Below, piece after piece: positions 63,639 through 64,000 of a stretch of DNA of 64,000 bases. The translations under genes were made by a program, and so were the position numbers. How positions within the stretch are numbered: position 1 is the first letter of the stretch; every line of letters starts with the position of its first letter. The stretch lies in NCBI GenBank assembly GCA_964016885.1, contig OZ024742.1, positions 355,570,001 through 355,634,000 on the forward strand. The letters are read 5' to 3'. A model generated the notes under the pieces. That model was not told the origin of the DNA. It was given only the letters and a program-made list of their open reading frames with translations, and did no database searches. Source of the stretch: Eledone cirrhosa. Taxonomy: Eukaryota.

Positions 63639-64000
63639 AATTATTATTATTATTATTATTACAGTTCCATTTATCTTGCTTTATGTTCATACGAGTTATC
63701 ACCAAGTCACAACTATTGACCTCAAGAGACAACAAGGTCCGCCATGTTCAAGAAAGAACATACATATTCACACATGCATCTTTAGTGTTTAGACTTGTGA
63801 TGTACTTATATTGACAGAATCTTCCTTAGTATATGGGCAGTTCCCATTAGTACTATCTTTTGTATTTCTCCTATACGCGGGTTTCCTGGGATTTGCGATA
63901 TATAATCATTAGACCCCTTAGGTATCATTCCCAAAGCACCTACAACCACTGGTATTGTTTTAGTTCTCAATTTCCACATTTTTCCAATTTCTATCTCCAG
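63639..64000 (-). mobile_element. 3' end of a second Dong family B copy (runs off the window) with a (TAA)n tail
   Basis: Reverse complement of ~39735-40090 with few differences. (TTA)n at 63639-63661. Confidence 0.93.

Overview
This is eukaryotic, AT-rich, repeat-dominated genomic DNA, probably from a coleoid cephalopod such as an octopus (inferred from the SINE type and the dense (TA)n/(CA)n/(TAA)n microsatellites). No host gene can be confidently identified. (1) R4/Dong-clade RT+RLE non-LTR retrotransposons: two decayed copies of one family (1-4880, ~42090-46030) and a second family with an uninterrupted 1216-aa ORF (36279-39929) plus a 3' fragment at the window end. (2) Three head-to-tail minus-strand Tx1-clade APE-RT LINEs (46047-61671) separated by (TAA)n tracts. 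(3) A decayed Chapaev3-like DNA transposon with TIRs and a 3-bp TSD (17000-19280). (4) Many tRNA-derived SINEs and RTE/CRE fragments. (5) Between about 14 and 34 kb, many small (TA)n-associated elements not shown in the ORF track: foldback palindromes, Penelope-like remnants, and type I hammerhead ribozymes folded by eye. The most notable is a retrozyme-like array (25263-27580) of 430-550-nt monomers carrying hammerheads with a palindromic stem III. All RNA structures are manual predictions and have not been tested.
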